From positions 2,160,001 through 2,192,000 of the forward strand of contig OY759724.1 of the NCBI GenBank assembly GCA_963662715.1: a DNA stretch of 32,000 bases, given 5' to 3'. Position numbers and translations under genes: made by a program. The notes under the pieces were generated by a model that was not told the origin of the DNA, ran no database searches, and was given only the letters and a program-made list of their open reading frames with translations. Below, piece after piece: positions 9,530 through 18,386 of the stretch; within the stretch, counting starts at the first letter, position 1, and the number at the start of each line of letters is the position of its first letter. This DNA comes from Candidatus Omnitrophota bacterium (GTDB lineage: Bacteria > Omnitrophota > Gorgyraeia > Zapsychrales > JANLHA01).

Positions 9530-9558
9530 TTGACAAAGATTTGCGAAGTTAATAAAAT
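9530..9558 (+). promoter_or_regulatory. sigma70-like promoter of the MoxR/Bat operon
   Basis: The -35 is TTGACA (9530-9535). A 17-nt spacer follows. The -10 is TAAAAT (9553-9558). The element lies about 85 nt upstream of the MoxR ATG. Confidence 0.5.
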
Positions 9559-9642
9559 ATTAATCCTGCTGTTACCAGCATGTCACCGCAGTACGATTCA
9601 TTCTTAAAATATATAAAAAACTCAGAGGATAGGGAGGCTGAT

Positions 9643-10638
9643 ATGACAGAAAGTAATATTGCCGCTATTAATGAGAAAGTCAAAAAGGAAAGCAGCTTTG
9701 TCGAAGCCATCATGATGGAAGCCGGGAAAGTGATTGTCGGCCAGCGCTACCTTCTTGAACGGTTGCTGGTGGGGCTTCTTGCCAACGGTCATATTCTTAT
9801 TGAAGGGGTCCCCGGTTTAGCCAAGACTATGGCTGTGAAAACGATTTCGGAGACCCTGCAGACAAAGTTCCAGCGGTTGCAGTTTACTCCTGATATGCTC
9901 CCTGCGGATTTGACCGGAACCCTTATCTATGATCAGCGTTCCGGGAACTTTACGATCAAAAAGGGGCCTGTCTTTGCCAATATCATTCTGGCCGATGAGA
10001 TCAACCGGGCTCCCGCTAAAGTGCAAAGCGCGCTCCTGGAGGCCATGCAGGAGAGACAAGTGACCCTCGGGGAGGAAACGTTGAAGCTGGATGATCCGTT
10101 CCTCGTTCTCGCTACGCAGAACCCGATTGAACAGGAGGGAACCTACCCCCTGCCGGAGGCGCAGGTGGACCGTTTTATGCTGAAAGTGAAGATCAGTTAT
10201 CCCTACAAGAGTGAGGAAATAAAAATTTTGAAACGAATGAGTTTTACCAGCCCCCGGTTCCAGATTCAGCGGGTTGTGACGCCGGAGGATATTGTTCGGG
10301 CCAGAGGCGTTGTGGATGAGCTTTATATGGATGAAAAGATCGAACAGTATATTGTTGACCTGGTGGACGCCACGCGGAATCCAGAGAACTATGAGTTGGC
10401 CGAACTAAAAGGTCTTATCCAATACGGGGCTTCCCCGCGGGCGACGATTAATCTTGCCCTGGCATCCAAAGCGTATGCCTTTTTGCAGGGCAGGGGATAC
10501 GTCACTCCGCAGGACATTAAGACCATCGGCCTGGATGTTTTGAGGCACCGTGTCATTATCAGTTATGAAGCCGAAGCTGAAGAACAGACTTCCGAGGACA
10601 TTATCCAGCGAATCTTTGATGAAATTGAAGTCCCTTAA
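9643..10638 (+). CDS. MoxR-family AAA+ ATPase
   Basis: Walker A is GVPGLAKT and Walker B is IILADEINRA. The conserved segment LATQNPIEQEGTYPLPEAQVDRF is present. The start is set at ATG 9643 because GGGAGG lies 5 nt upstream. The ATG at 9580 has no SD. Confidence 0.9.
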   Translation: MTESNIAAINEKVKKESSFVEAIMMEAGKVIVGQRYLLERLLVGLLANGHILIEGVPGLAKTMAVKTISETLQTKFQRLQFTPDMLPADLTGTLIYDQRSGNFTIKKGPVFANIILADEINRAPAKVQSALLEAMQERQVTLGEETLKLDDPFLVLATQNPIEQEGTYPLPEAQVDRFMLKVKISYPYKSEEIKILKRMSFTSPRFQIQRVVTPEDIVRARGVVDELYMDEKIEQYIVDLVDATRNPENYELAELKGLIQYGASPRATINLALASKAYAFLQGRGYVTPQDIKTIGLDVLRHRVIISYEAEAEEQTSEDIIQRIFDEIEVP

Positions 10639-10650
10639 GGATGTGCGGCC

Positions 10651-11565
10651 ATGATCCCGAAGGAATTATTTCAGAAAGTCAGGCGTATTCAGATCACGTC
10701 TTCCCGGCTCGTCAATGACCTTTTTGCCGGGCAATATCACAGCGTGTTCAAAGGGCAGGGTATAGAGTTTGACGAGGTCCGGGAATATCAGCCCGGCGAT
10801 GATGTCCGGACCATTGACTGGAACGTCACGGCCCGTACGGGTAAAGCGCACGTCAAGAAATTTGTCGAAGAACGGGAATTAACGGTCATGCTCTGCGTCG
10901 ATGCCTCCATGTCTTGCCGTTTCGCTTCTGTCAATGAGTTGAAAAGCAAATTGGCGGCGGAGATCGCAGCGGTCCTGGCGTTTTCCGCTATCCGCAATAA
11001 GGATAAAGTCGGACTCATAATTTTTACCGACCGTATTGAAAAATTTATTCCCCCCCGTAAAGGCGTGCAAAGTGTCCTGAAGGTCATCCGGGAAGTCCTT
11101 TATTATCAGCCGGAGAGCCGGATGACGGATGTCGCCGGTGCTTTGGAGTATCTGAGTAAAGTGACTCATAGAAAAAGCGTGGCTTTCCTCATTTCGGACT
11201 TTTTTGACAAAGAGTGTTTAGCAAATCAGGAGCTCCCTGTCGACTCGAGGCTGAAAAGAGCCTTGTCTATCGTCAATAAAAAACACGATCTTATTGCTGT
11301 TACCTTAAATGATGCCCGGGAAAAGGAACTGCCTGTCTGTGGATTATTGACCCTGGAAGACGCGGAAACCGGGGACAGCCTGGTGATCGACACGACGGAT
11401 AAACGTATCAGAGAACAGTACCGGAACGAAGCCGAGAAGCGAATCCAGGCCCGCGAACGGTTATTCCGTTCTGTGGGCATGGACCATATTTTTATTTCGA
11501 CTCATGTCCCTTATGCCAATGAACTGATGAAATTTTTTTTTAAACGACGAAAACGTCTGATTTAA
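10651..11565 (+). CDS. DUF58 domain protein (MoxR-associated)
   Basis: The motif DDVRTIDWNVTARTGKAHVKKF is followed by the VWA-like segment MLCVDASMS. Its position directly after MoxR is canonical. Confidence 0.85.
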   Translation: MIPKELFQKVRRIQITSSRLVNDLFAGQYHSVFKGQGIEFDEVREYQPGDDVRTIDWNVTARTGKAHVKKFVEERELTVMLCVDASMSCRFASVNELKSKLAAEIAAVLAFSAIRNKDKVGLIIFTDRIEKFIPPRKGVQSVLKVIREVLYYQPESRMTDVAGALEYLSKVTHRKSVAFLISDFFDKECLANQELPVDSRLKRALSIVNKKHDLIAVTLNDAREKELPVCGLLTLEDAETGDSLVIDTTDKRIREQYRNEAEKRIQARERLFRSVGMDHIFISTHVPYANELMKFFFKRRKRLI

Positions 11566-11568
11566 CAT

Positions 11569-12168
11569 ATGAATTATATTCTGCTTATCATATTGTTTTC
11601 CGTTTTCTTTCAGACATCCGTCTTCGGGGCGGAAGATATTCGCGACGTGAAACCGCCGGAACTCTTTCCTCCGAATTTCGGGTTTTTCATAGCCCTGCTT
11701 ATCTTTCTGCTGTTGGCTGTTTTGGTGTGGTTCCTGCGGAGGGTGACTTTGCCCCGCCGGGAAAAGAAGACGAAGGTTCCCCCGGCACCGCCTCCCTGGA
11801 CCGTAGCGTTTCAGCGTCTTACCGCTTTAAAGGAGGCCGGGTTCCCGGCGCAGGGTCAAGTCAAGGCCTATTATACAGAACTGTCGGATATCCTTCGCCG
11901 TTATATGGAAGGGCGATTTGATATTAAAGCCCCGGAAATGACCACGGAAGAATTTTTGATCTATCTCAAACAGAATTCAGCGTTGAATGTCCGGCAAAAA
12001 CAGTCCCTGCAGGATTTTCTTAATTGTTGCGATATGGTCAAATTTGCCAAATTTTCGTCATCAACTGCTGAAATGGAACAAAGTTTTGATCTGGCATGGC
12101 GTTTGATTGAGGAAACACAGCCGCAAGCCATGCCGTCCCGGCAGCCGTCGTTATCCGTCCGTAAATAA
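11569..12168 (+). CDS. DUF4381-like single-pass membrane protein of the Bat operon
   Basis: It has a signal/anchor segment and a second TM (FFIALLIFLLLAVLVWFL). A PPAPPPW segment follows. It occupies the position between DUF58 and BatA. Confidence 0.55.
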   Translation: MNYILLIILFSVFFQTSVFGAEDIRDVKPPELFPPNFGFFIALLIFLLLAVLVWFLRRVTLPRREKKTKVPPAPPPWTVAFQRLTALKEAGFPAQGQVKAYYTELSDILRRYMEGRFDIKAPEMTTEEFLIYLKQNSALNVRQKQSLQDFLNCCDMVKFAKFSSSTAEMEQSFDLAWRLIEETQPQAMPSRQPSLSVRK

Positions 12169-12234
12169 CCGTGCGCCTGTCCTGATGTCGGAGAATAGAT
12201 GTGTTAGAGATAATGTTTAGGAGCTGGAAGGATT

Positions 12235-13230
12235 ATGATCTTTAAGTCCCCTTGGATTCTGATGCTCATTCCGGTCCTGCTCCCCCTGATGATATGGATG
12301 TATAAGAGGGAGCGGAGCCCTTCGTTGCGGTTTCCTGCTTTGGCGCTGGTTTCCTGGTTTGCCGGGAGTTGGAAAACACGCCTCATCGCCGTGCCGTTTA
12401 TTTTACGGGCCGTTACGGTCACATTGTTTTTTATCTCTTTAGCCGGCCCGAGGACTGTCCTGGAAGAGACGAAATATCATTTTGAAGGAGTTGATATCAT
12501 GCTGGCGGTCGATGCGTCCCGCAGCATGGCTACGGAAGATTTTTCACTTTTGGGACAGCGGTATAACCGGCTGGATATCAGTAAAAAAGTTGTGGAAGAA
12601 TTTATTGACGGCCGGGAACATGATCGTATCGGCCTTATTGCCTTTGCCGGTCTGGCTTATACTGTCAGCCCGCTGACGAAGGATTATCACTGGCTGAAAG
12701 AGAACCTGAAACGGGTTGATTTCGGGTTAATAAAAGACGGGACAGCTATCGGTTCGGCAACGGCTTCAGCTGTCATCAGGCTTAAAGAAAGCGATGCCAA
12801 AAGTAAAGTTATTATTTTGCTGACGGACGGTGTCAATAATGAAGGCATGATCGACCCCGTTGAAGCAGCCCATGCCGCGCAGGCGCAGGGAATCCGGATC
12901 TATACGATCGGTGTGGGGACAAAAGGATATGCTCCTTATCCGGTTGAGGACATGTTCGGCCGTAAACGGTATCATAAAGTTATTACGGATGTGGATGAGG
13001 ATACTCTTAGAGAGATGGCCCGTATCACTCAGGGAAAATATTTCCGTGCGACCGACACCTCCTCTTTGCGGGAAATTTATAAAGAGATTGATCAGCTTGA
13101 AAAAACCCGGTTTGAAGAGACAGGTTACCGGGATTATAAAGAACTGTTCCCTTATTTCCTGCTGGCGGCACTGCTGTTATTTGTTTTGGAATTGCTTTTG
13201 TCCAACACTCTTTTTTTGAGGATTCCTTAA
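12235..13230 (+). CDS. batA: BatA-type membrane-anchored von Willebrand factor A protein
   Basis: There are two N-terminal TMs and a MIDAS DxSxS motif (VDASRSM). LLTDGVNN and a C-terminal TM are present. Operon order supports the call. Confidence 0.8.
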   Translation: MIFKSPWILMLIPVLLPLMIWMYKRERSPSLRFPALALVSWFAGSWKTRLIAVPFILRAVTVTLFFISLAGPRTVLEETKYHFEGVDIMLAVDASRSMATEDFSLLGQRYNRLDISKKVVEEFIDGREHDRIGLIAFAGLAYTVSPLTKDYHWLKENLKRVDFGLIKDGTAIGSATASAVIRLKESDAKSKVIILLTDGVNNEGMIDPVEAAHAAQAQGIRIYTIGVGTKGYAPYPVEDMFGRKRYHKVITDVDEDTLREMARITQGKYFRATDTSSLREIYKEIDQLEKTRFEETGYRDYKELFPYFLLAALLLFVLELLLSNTLFLRIP

Positions 13231-14247
13231 ATGCGCTTTGTTTATCCGGAGTTTTTATACAGCCTGTGGGGATTGATTATCCTGATAGCTTTGTTATCCT
13301 TGGCCCGGCACCGGCGGGAGAAGTATTGTCAGCGGTTTGCCGATATGAAGTTCATCCCGGAATTGTCCGGGACCTTAAGTTTAAGCCGGCACAGTTTTAA
13401 ACACGCTCTGGTTGTTCTCGTTTTTGCCCTGAGCCTGATCGCCTTGGCCCGGCCGCAATGGGGTTTTGAGATACGGGAGATCAAACGTCAGGGACTGGAT
13501 ATTATCATTGTTCTGGACACCTCCCGGAGCATGCTTACGGATGACGTCAAACCTAACCGGCTCGAAAGGGCGAAACTGGCCGTTAAAGATTTCATTAAGC
13601 AGTTAAAAGGGGACCGGATAGGCCTGATCGCCTTTGCCGGTGACGCGTTTCTGGTCTGCCCGCTTACCGTCGACTATGGCGGTTTCCTGTTGAGCCTGGA
13701 TGACTTGGACGTTGATTCCATGCCTCGCGGAGGAACGAATATCGCCCAGGCTTTACGTGAAGCGACCAAAGAATATGACAACACCCCGAGTAAATACAAA
13801 GCCGTCATTCTTATTACGGATGGGGAAAACCTGGAAGAGGACCCGTCCCCCCAAATCGAGGAGGCCCGCCGGCAAAACATTAAGATCTATTGTGTGGGCA
13901 TAGGGACCAGGGAAGGGGAGCTTATAAAAGATACGGATGTCTTCGGTGAACGGAAATTTGTCAAAGACGAAGATGGAAATATTGTTAAGTCCAGCCTGAA
14001 TGAGGCCCTCTTGCAGAACATTGCGCTTAAAACAGGAGGCGTTTATGTCCGTGCCAGTGGCGCGCAATTCGGCTTGGATGTGATCTATGAACAGCAGTTG
14101 TCAAAGTTGGAGAAAAGAGACCTGGAAGGCCAAATGGCCAAAGATTACTTCGAGCGGTTTCAGATCCCTTTAAGTCTGGCTGTGCTGTTTTTATTATGGG
14201 AGTTTTTTATCCCGTTCAGAAAAGAGAAAAAGAACCATGCGAAATAG
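13231..14247 (+). CDS. batB: BatB-type membrane-anchored von Willebrand factor A protein
   Basis: The ATG abuts the batA stop (TAAATG). The MIDAS motif is LDTSRSM. LITDGENL and a C-terminal TM are present. Confidence 0.8.
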   Translation: MRFVYPEFLYSLWGLIILIALLSLARHRREKYCQRFADMKFIPELSGTLSLSRHSFKHALVVLVFALSLIALARPQWGFEIREIKRQGLDIIIVLDTSRSMLTDDVKPNRLERAKLAVKDFIKQLKGDRIGLIAFAGDAFLVCPLTVDYGGFLLSLDDLDVDSMPRGGTNIAQALREATKEYDNTPSKYKAVILITDGENLEEDPSPQIEEARRQNIKIYCVGIGTREGELIKDTDVFGERKFVKDEDGNIVKSSLNEALLQNIALKTGGVYVRASGAQFGLDVIYEQQLSKLEKRDLEGQMAKDYFERFQIPLSLAVLFLLWEFFIPFRKEKKNHAK

Positions 14248-15229
14248 TCGAATGTCTTTCCGGATAAGAAGACCGGCGGGGAATAATATCCTTTGGGCCG
14301 TGATGTTCTGCCTGATCCTGGCCGCAGATGCTCTGGCCATGTCAAAAGAGAAAAGCACTGAATTGGGAAATTCGCTTTACCATAAGGGATACTATGAGGA
14401 TGCTGTCACCCAATATCAGGAGGCCTTGTCCCGGGATGCGGAATCCCCGCTCATGAATTATAATTTAGGCACGGCTTTCTATAAAACAGGGGATTATTCC
14501 AAAGCGGTAAATCATTTGCAGAAAGCGTTGCTGTCCGAGGACGGAACGCTTCGGCAAAGAGCCTATTACAATCTCGGGAACGCCGCTTTTCAGTCGGGAC
14601 TTCAACAGGAAGAAACGAATATCAATCAAGCCGTGACAGCGCTGGAAGATGCTGTGTCTTTTTTTGACAGCGCCATGAAAATGGATGACAAAGATAAAGA
14701 TGCTCAGTATAATTATGGGATTGCTGTAAAAGAGTTGGAGCGATTGCGTAAAAAACAGCAAGAAGAGCAAAAGAAACAGGAACAGCAGAAGGAACAAAGC
14801 GGGAAACAGTGCAGGAATCCTGCTTCGTCTTCCGAGGAGCAGAACGAGCGGCAGAAATCCGAGGCCGAAGATCAGCAGGGGCAACAAGGCTCAGAGGACG
14901 GGCATCCGGAGGAGAACAAGCCGCAGCAATCCCCGGGCGGCCGGGAACAGCCTCAACAGCCAAAGGATCAACAGAAGCCGCAGGGCGAGGATTCAGAGCC
15001 AGCCGCAGAGGATGACGGCTCGCAGCAGCAAAACGCTTCGGCAGGCGGCGGGGCCCGAAACCCTCAGGAGAAAACGTCCCCGGGACAGGCCAAACGGTCG
15101 TATGAGTATTTTACTCTCCCGGAATCAGAGATGTTATTGGATGAATATCAGCGCCAGGAAGAGCCGCAGGGGTTTCTTAATTTTATGAAGCAAAGAGGCC
15201 GGGAAATACCGGTTGAACGGGATTGGTGA
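14237..15229 (+). CDS. batC: BatC-type TPR protein with long Q/E/P-rich low-complexity region
   Basis: The signal-like N-terminus ends ...LILAADALA. TPR-like units are present (YHKGYYEDAVTQYQEALSRD, YNLGTAFYKTGDYSKAVNHLQKAL). The start is ATG 14237 (11-nt overlap with batB) or ATG 14252. Confidence 0.7.
   Translation: MRNSRMSFRIRRPAGNNILWAVMFCLILAADALAMSKEKSTELGNSLYHKGYYEDAVTQYQEALSRDAESPLMNYNLGTAFYKTGDYSKAVNHLQKALLSEDGTLRQRAYYNLGNAAFQSGLQQEETNINQAVTALEDAVSFFDSAMKMDDKDKDAQYNYGIAVKELERLRKKQQEEQKKQEQQKEQSGKQCRNPASSSEEQNERQKSEAEDQQGQQGSEDGHPEENKPQQSPGGREQPQQPKDQQKPQGEDSEPAAEDDGSQQQNASAGGGARNPQEKTSPGQAKRSYEYFTLPESEMLLDEYQRQEEPQGFLNFMKQRGREIPVERDW
14747..15091 (+). other. low-complexity Q/E/K/P-rich coding segment inside batC (aa ~171-285)
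   Basis: The translation reads RKKQQEEQKKQEQQKEQSGKQ...EDQQGQQGSEDGHPEENKPQQSPGGREQPQQPKDQQKPQGED.... The segment also generates spurious antisense ORFs at 14465-14963. Confidence 0.85.
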
Positions 15230-15242
15230 ATTTTCAGGATTT

Positions 15243-17066
15243 ATGAAGAGAAAATTTGTTTATATATTATGGCATTCTTTCCTTGTCCTGTTTCTGCTTG
15301 TGTCTCAGGCTTGGGCGGAGGATATCTCCGTGACGGCAGAGGTCGACCGCAGGTCTTTTGAACTGGGCTCGTTCTGTCAGTTGAGGATTACGGTCCGCGG
15401 AGGGAAAAAAGTCTCTCCGGTTGAACTGCCAAAAATCGAAGGGATGGAATCCCGTTACCTGGGTCCGTCGACCAGTATTACGGTTTTAAACGGAGCCTAT
15501 TCTTCTTCCAAGTCTTTTCAGTATAATCTTTATCCTCTGGACGAAGGCCGGTACGAAATTCCGGCTTTGAACGTAATTGTCGACGGACAGTCATTTTCCA
15601 CAGACCCGATCTATCTTGAGGTGACCGCCGCAACGGGGCCGCCGGGAGCCGCTCGGCTGAAGGGCCCCAAGGACTCTTTGCAGGACAAAATATTCCTCAC
15701 GCTGTCATTGCCCAAGCGGGAGTATTATCTGAATGAGGGTATTCCGGTGACGGCCAAGCTTTATGTCCAGAAATTAAGGATCAGAAATGTTCATTATCCT
15801 GATCTGGCGCACAGGGGCTTTTCGGTTAAAGACTTTAAGTCGGCCCTGCAATCGACGGAAATCCTCGGGGGGCTGAAATATGATGTCCTTACTTTTCAAA
15901 CAGAAGCCTTCCCGACCCGGGAAGGGGATCTAACCCTCGGGCCGGCGAGCCTTTCCTGCGATATCCTGTTTAAAAACTCTTCGAGCCGTTCCGCGTTCGG
16001 CCCGATGGACAGTATTTTTAATGACAGTTTCTTTCAGGGATTATTCAGTGATTACACCCAGGAAACCATTGCCGTTAAGTCGGCGGATTTAAAAATAAAA
16101 ATTTTGCCTTTGCCGGACGCCGGCCGGCCGCAAAGTTTTTCCGGAGCGGTCGGGACCTTTGACTTTCAGGTTACGGTGACTCCGGCATCCGTTAAGGTGG
16201 GGGATCCCCTTACGATTCGCACGACTTTAAAAGGTCAGGGGAACCTTAATGCTGTGCAGATGCCTGTTTTTGAGAGTCAGGCTCATTTCAAATTCTATGA
16301 CCCGCAGATCACGGAAGATAAGGGGGTTAAAACTGTTGAACAGGTGGCTATCCCGACATCAGACACGGTCAAGGAATTTCCCGCCATAACATTTTCTTAT
16401 TTTGATACGCAGAGTCAGAAATACAGAACGGTCACCCGCGGGCCTTTCCCGATAGACATTGTTAAACTTGAAGAAGGTGAGAAGCTTAAGATCGTCGGGT
16501 TGTCCCCAACGTCAATGCCCATTCAGGTGGAAGAGGAAACTTTGGGAGAGGACATCCTTTTTATTAAAGCCCAGCCGGGACATTTTTATCCCGGGAACAA
16601 GCTGTTCCTTTATCAAAGGACCAGCTTTTGGGTTTCGCTCGGTGTCTTTTTAATCTTGTGGTCCGGACTCCTGGGATATTATCATTTTTATCGTAAGTTA
16701 ACGACCGACACAAAATTCGCCCGCCGGTTCCATGCCCCGAGAGCAGCCCGGGAGGGAATGAAGCTGGCTCAATCCTATCTGGAGAAAGATAATAACAGGC
16801 TGTTTTATGACACATTATTCAAGACCGTCCAAAATTATTTTGGCCATAAATTTCATATCCCGCAAGGAGCGGTGACGATCGAGGCGATATTGTCCGTCTT
16901 GAAAGAGAAAGGGGCTCCGGAGGATGTGTTGGGTAATATTAAAAATGTATATGCAGAGTGTGAACAGGTTCGGTACGCTTCATTGAAGAAAGAAAAGCAG
17001 CAGATGTTGGACAGTTATGATAGGGTTATGCGTCTTATTGAGCTTATTGAAAAAAACTGGACATGA
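15243..17066 (+). CDS. batD: BatD-type (oxygen tolerance family) protein
   Basis: The ATG at 15243 follows the batC stop. The signal peptide ends ...LVSQAWA. The body is a large beta-rich extracytoplasmic region, followed by a late TM (FWVSLGVFLILWSGLLGYYHFY) and a cytoplasmic tail. Size and operon position fit BatD. Confidence 0.7.
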   Translation: MKRKFVYILWHSFLVLFLLVSQAWAEDISVTAEVDRRSFELGSFCQLRITVRGGKKVSPVELPKIEGMESRYLGPSTSITVLNGAYSSSKSFQYNLYPLDEGRYEIPALNVIVDGQSFSTDPIYLEVTAATGPPGAARLKGPKDSLQDKIFLTLSLPKREYYLNEGIPVTAKLYVQKLRIRNVHYPDLAHRGFSVKDFKSALQSTEILGGLKYDVLTFQTEAFPTREGDLTLGPASLSCDILFKNSSSRSAFGPMDSIFNDSFFQGLFSDYTQETIAVKSADLKIKILPLPDAGRPQSFSGAVGTFDFQVTVTPASVKVGDPLTIRTTLKGQGNLNAVQMPVFESQAHFKFYDPQITEDKGVKTVEQVAIPTSDTVKEFPAITFSYFDTQSQKYRTVTRGPFPIDIVKLEEGEKLKIVGLSPTSMPIQVEEETLGEDILFIKAQPGHFYPGNKLFLYQRTSFWVSLGVFLILWSGLLGYYHFYRKLTTDTKFARRFHAPRAAREGMKLAQSYLEKDNNRLFYDTLFKTVQNYFGHKFHIPQGAVTIEAILSVLKEKGAPEDVLGNIKNVYAECEQVRYASLKKEKQQMLDSYDRVMRLIELIEKNWT

Positions 17067-17827
17067 GAAAAATATTCTTCTTAATTTCCGTTTTGCTCTG
17101 TGTCGTCTCCTCTCAGATGACTCCGGGGGTGGCTGTTGCCGCAGACGATGCCCACACGCTTTTTGTTAAAGCGGGGTTGGCCTATAAGAATGCTGATTAC
17201 GAAGGCGCAATTCATCTTTATGAGAAGATCCTGCAGAAAAATTTTGTCAGCGGGGCCTTGTATTATAATTTGGCGAACTCTTATTTCAAGAAGGGCCAAC
17301 TCGGGGAATCCCTGTTGTATTATGAGCGTGCCAGAAGGCTTCTGCCCAGAGACTCTGATGTTCTGTCCAATTACAAGCTGGCTCTTTCCCGGAAAGAGCA
17401 TAATTACCCTCTGCCCCGGAAGACCCTGCTGCAGCGAATGGTTGAGAATGGAATGGCCTACTATACCGTCAACGAATTCATTATTCTGACTGTCTTTTTC
17501 TCTGTCCTATCGGGGGCTCTTGTTCTGGCGGCATTGTTTTTCAACTGGTCCCGCAGAAAATACCTCCCGATATCGATTGTCTGCCTGACCCTGACCATGG
17601 TGTGTCTCATCAGTTTTACCATCAAACAGACCATGGGGGCTGACCAGGCGATAGCCGTTACCTCTGCCGAAGTCTTCTTTGAGCCGCGCGAGGAAGCCAC
17701 GGTTCATTTTACGCTTAAAGAAGGGGAGAAAGTGAGGATTTTAAAGCAGGAAGGTTTGTGGCTGAAGATTGAGCGTCCTGATCAAAAAGTCGGCTGGGTT
17801 GCCCTGAAGACGGTTGAGCGTATATAA
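17063..17827 (+). CDS. batE: BatE-type TPR + SH3-like protein
   Basis: The start overlaps batD by ATGA. It has a signal peptide and TPR units (YKNADYEGAIHLYEKIL, YNLANSYFKKGQLGESLLYYERARRL). Two TMs follow. The C-terminus is SH3-like (GEKVRILKQEGLWLKIERPDQKVGWV). Confidence 0.7.
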   Translation: MRKIFFLISVLLCVVSSQMTPGVAVAADDAHTLFVKAGLAYKNADYEGAIHLYEKILQKNFVSGALYYNLANSYFKKGQLGESLLYYERARRLLPRDSDVLSNYKLALSRKEHNYPLPRKTLLQRMVENGMAYYTVNEFIILTVFFSVLSGALVLAALFFNWSRRKYLPISIVCLTLTMVCLISFTIKQTMGADQAIAVTSAEVFFEPREEATVHFTLKEGEKVRILKQEGLWLKIERPDQKVGWVALKTVERI

Positions 17828-17873
17828 TTATTAGAGATATTATAGAAAAACCCTTTCATAAGACCTAAGGAAT

Positions 17874-17903
17874 CCGGGAGGCTGTAAGCCGGGGTGCTTT
17901 TTT
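17874..17903 (+). terminator. possible weak intrinsic terminator after batE
   Basis: A GC-rich stretch offers only short possible stems (GGC/GCC at 17880-17890, AAGC/GCTT at 17886-17899). It is followed by T6 at 17898-17903. The stems are weak. Confidence 0.2.
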
Positions 17904-17957
17904 GCCCTGTAAGTCATTATTTTACAAGCTGTTAATAAATAAGAAGGTGGTTTTTTT

Positions 17958-18386
17958 ATGGCCGGCCAGTGGTTTTCCGTCAAAACATTATACAGGTCAA
18001 CAGCTCAGGGACTGCCTGAAAAACCGGATTTGTCCTATGATCCTGACCTGACCCTGGTGGAAGAACGGATTCTGTTTATTAAAGCAAAAAATAGATTGGA
18101 AGCCGTGGCCAAGGCTGAGCGTGAAGCCAAGGACTATGCCCGAAAAAGGGAGTGCCGAAATCCTTATAATCAAAAATTGTCCACTCGCTATTTAGGTTTT
18201 TATGATATTATGGAGTTGTCGGACCATCCCCAAGATAAAATGGAAATATTCACCGTAACACGTTTAATCAGCCGGAAAGTTTCGGATAGCAGGATTGCCA
18301 AGCTTTATGTCGGGAAACGGCGTAGCGCCAGACATATTTTAAATAAAAAATTTGTGAATAAAGAATATAAAATGGAGGGAAAATGA
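17958..18386 (+). CDS. DUF4288-like cytoplasmic protein
   Basis: The pattern WFSVKTLYRS...EERILFIKAKNRLEAVAKAEREAKDYA...NPYNQKL...FYDIMEL matches the DUF4288 pattern as remembered. SD AAGGTGG lies upstream. There is no signal peptide. Confidence 0.5.
   Translation: MAGQWFSVKTLYRSTAQGLPEKPDLSYDPDLTLVEERILFIKAKNRLEAVAKAEREAKDYARKRECRNPYNQKLSTRYLGFYDIMELSDHPQDKMEIFTVTRLISRKVSDSRIAKLYVGKRRSARHILNKKFVNKEYKMEGK

Noticed and set aside
9580-9642. Upstream ATG (9580) extending the MoxR ORF by 21 codons
   Set aside because: No SD precedes 9580, whereas ATG 9643 has GGGAGG at 9632-9637. The extension (MSPQYDSFLKYIKNSEDREAD) is not part of the conserved MoxR N-terminus.
14465-14963. Two minus-strand ORFs (140 and 113 aa) inside batC
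   Set aside because: They lie antisense to the Q/E-rich low-complexity segment. Their translations are L/F/P/A-rich low-complexity strings typical of mirror-frame artefacts.
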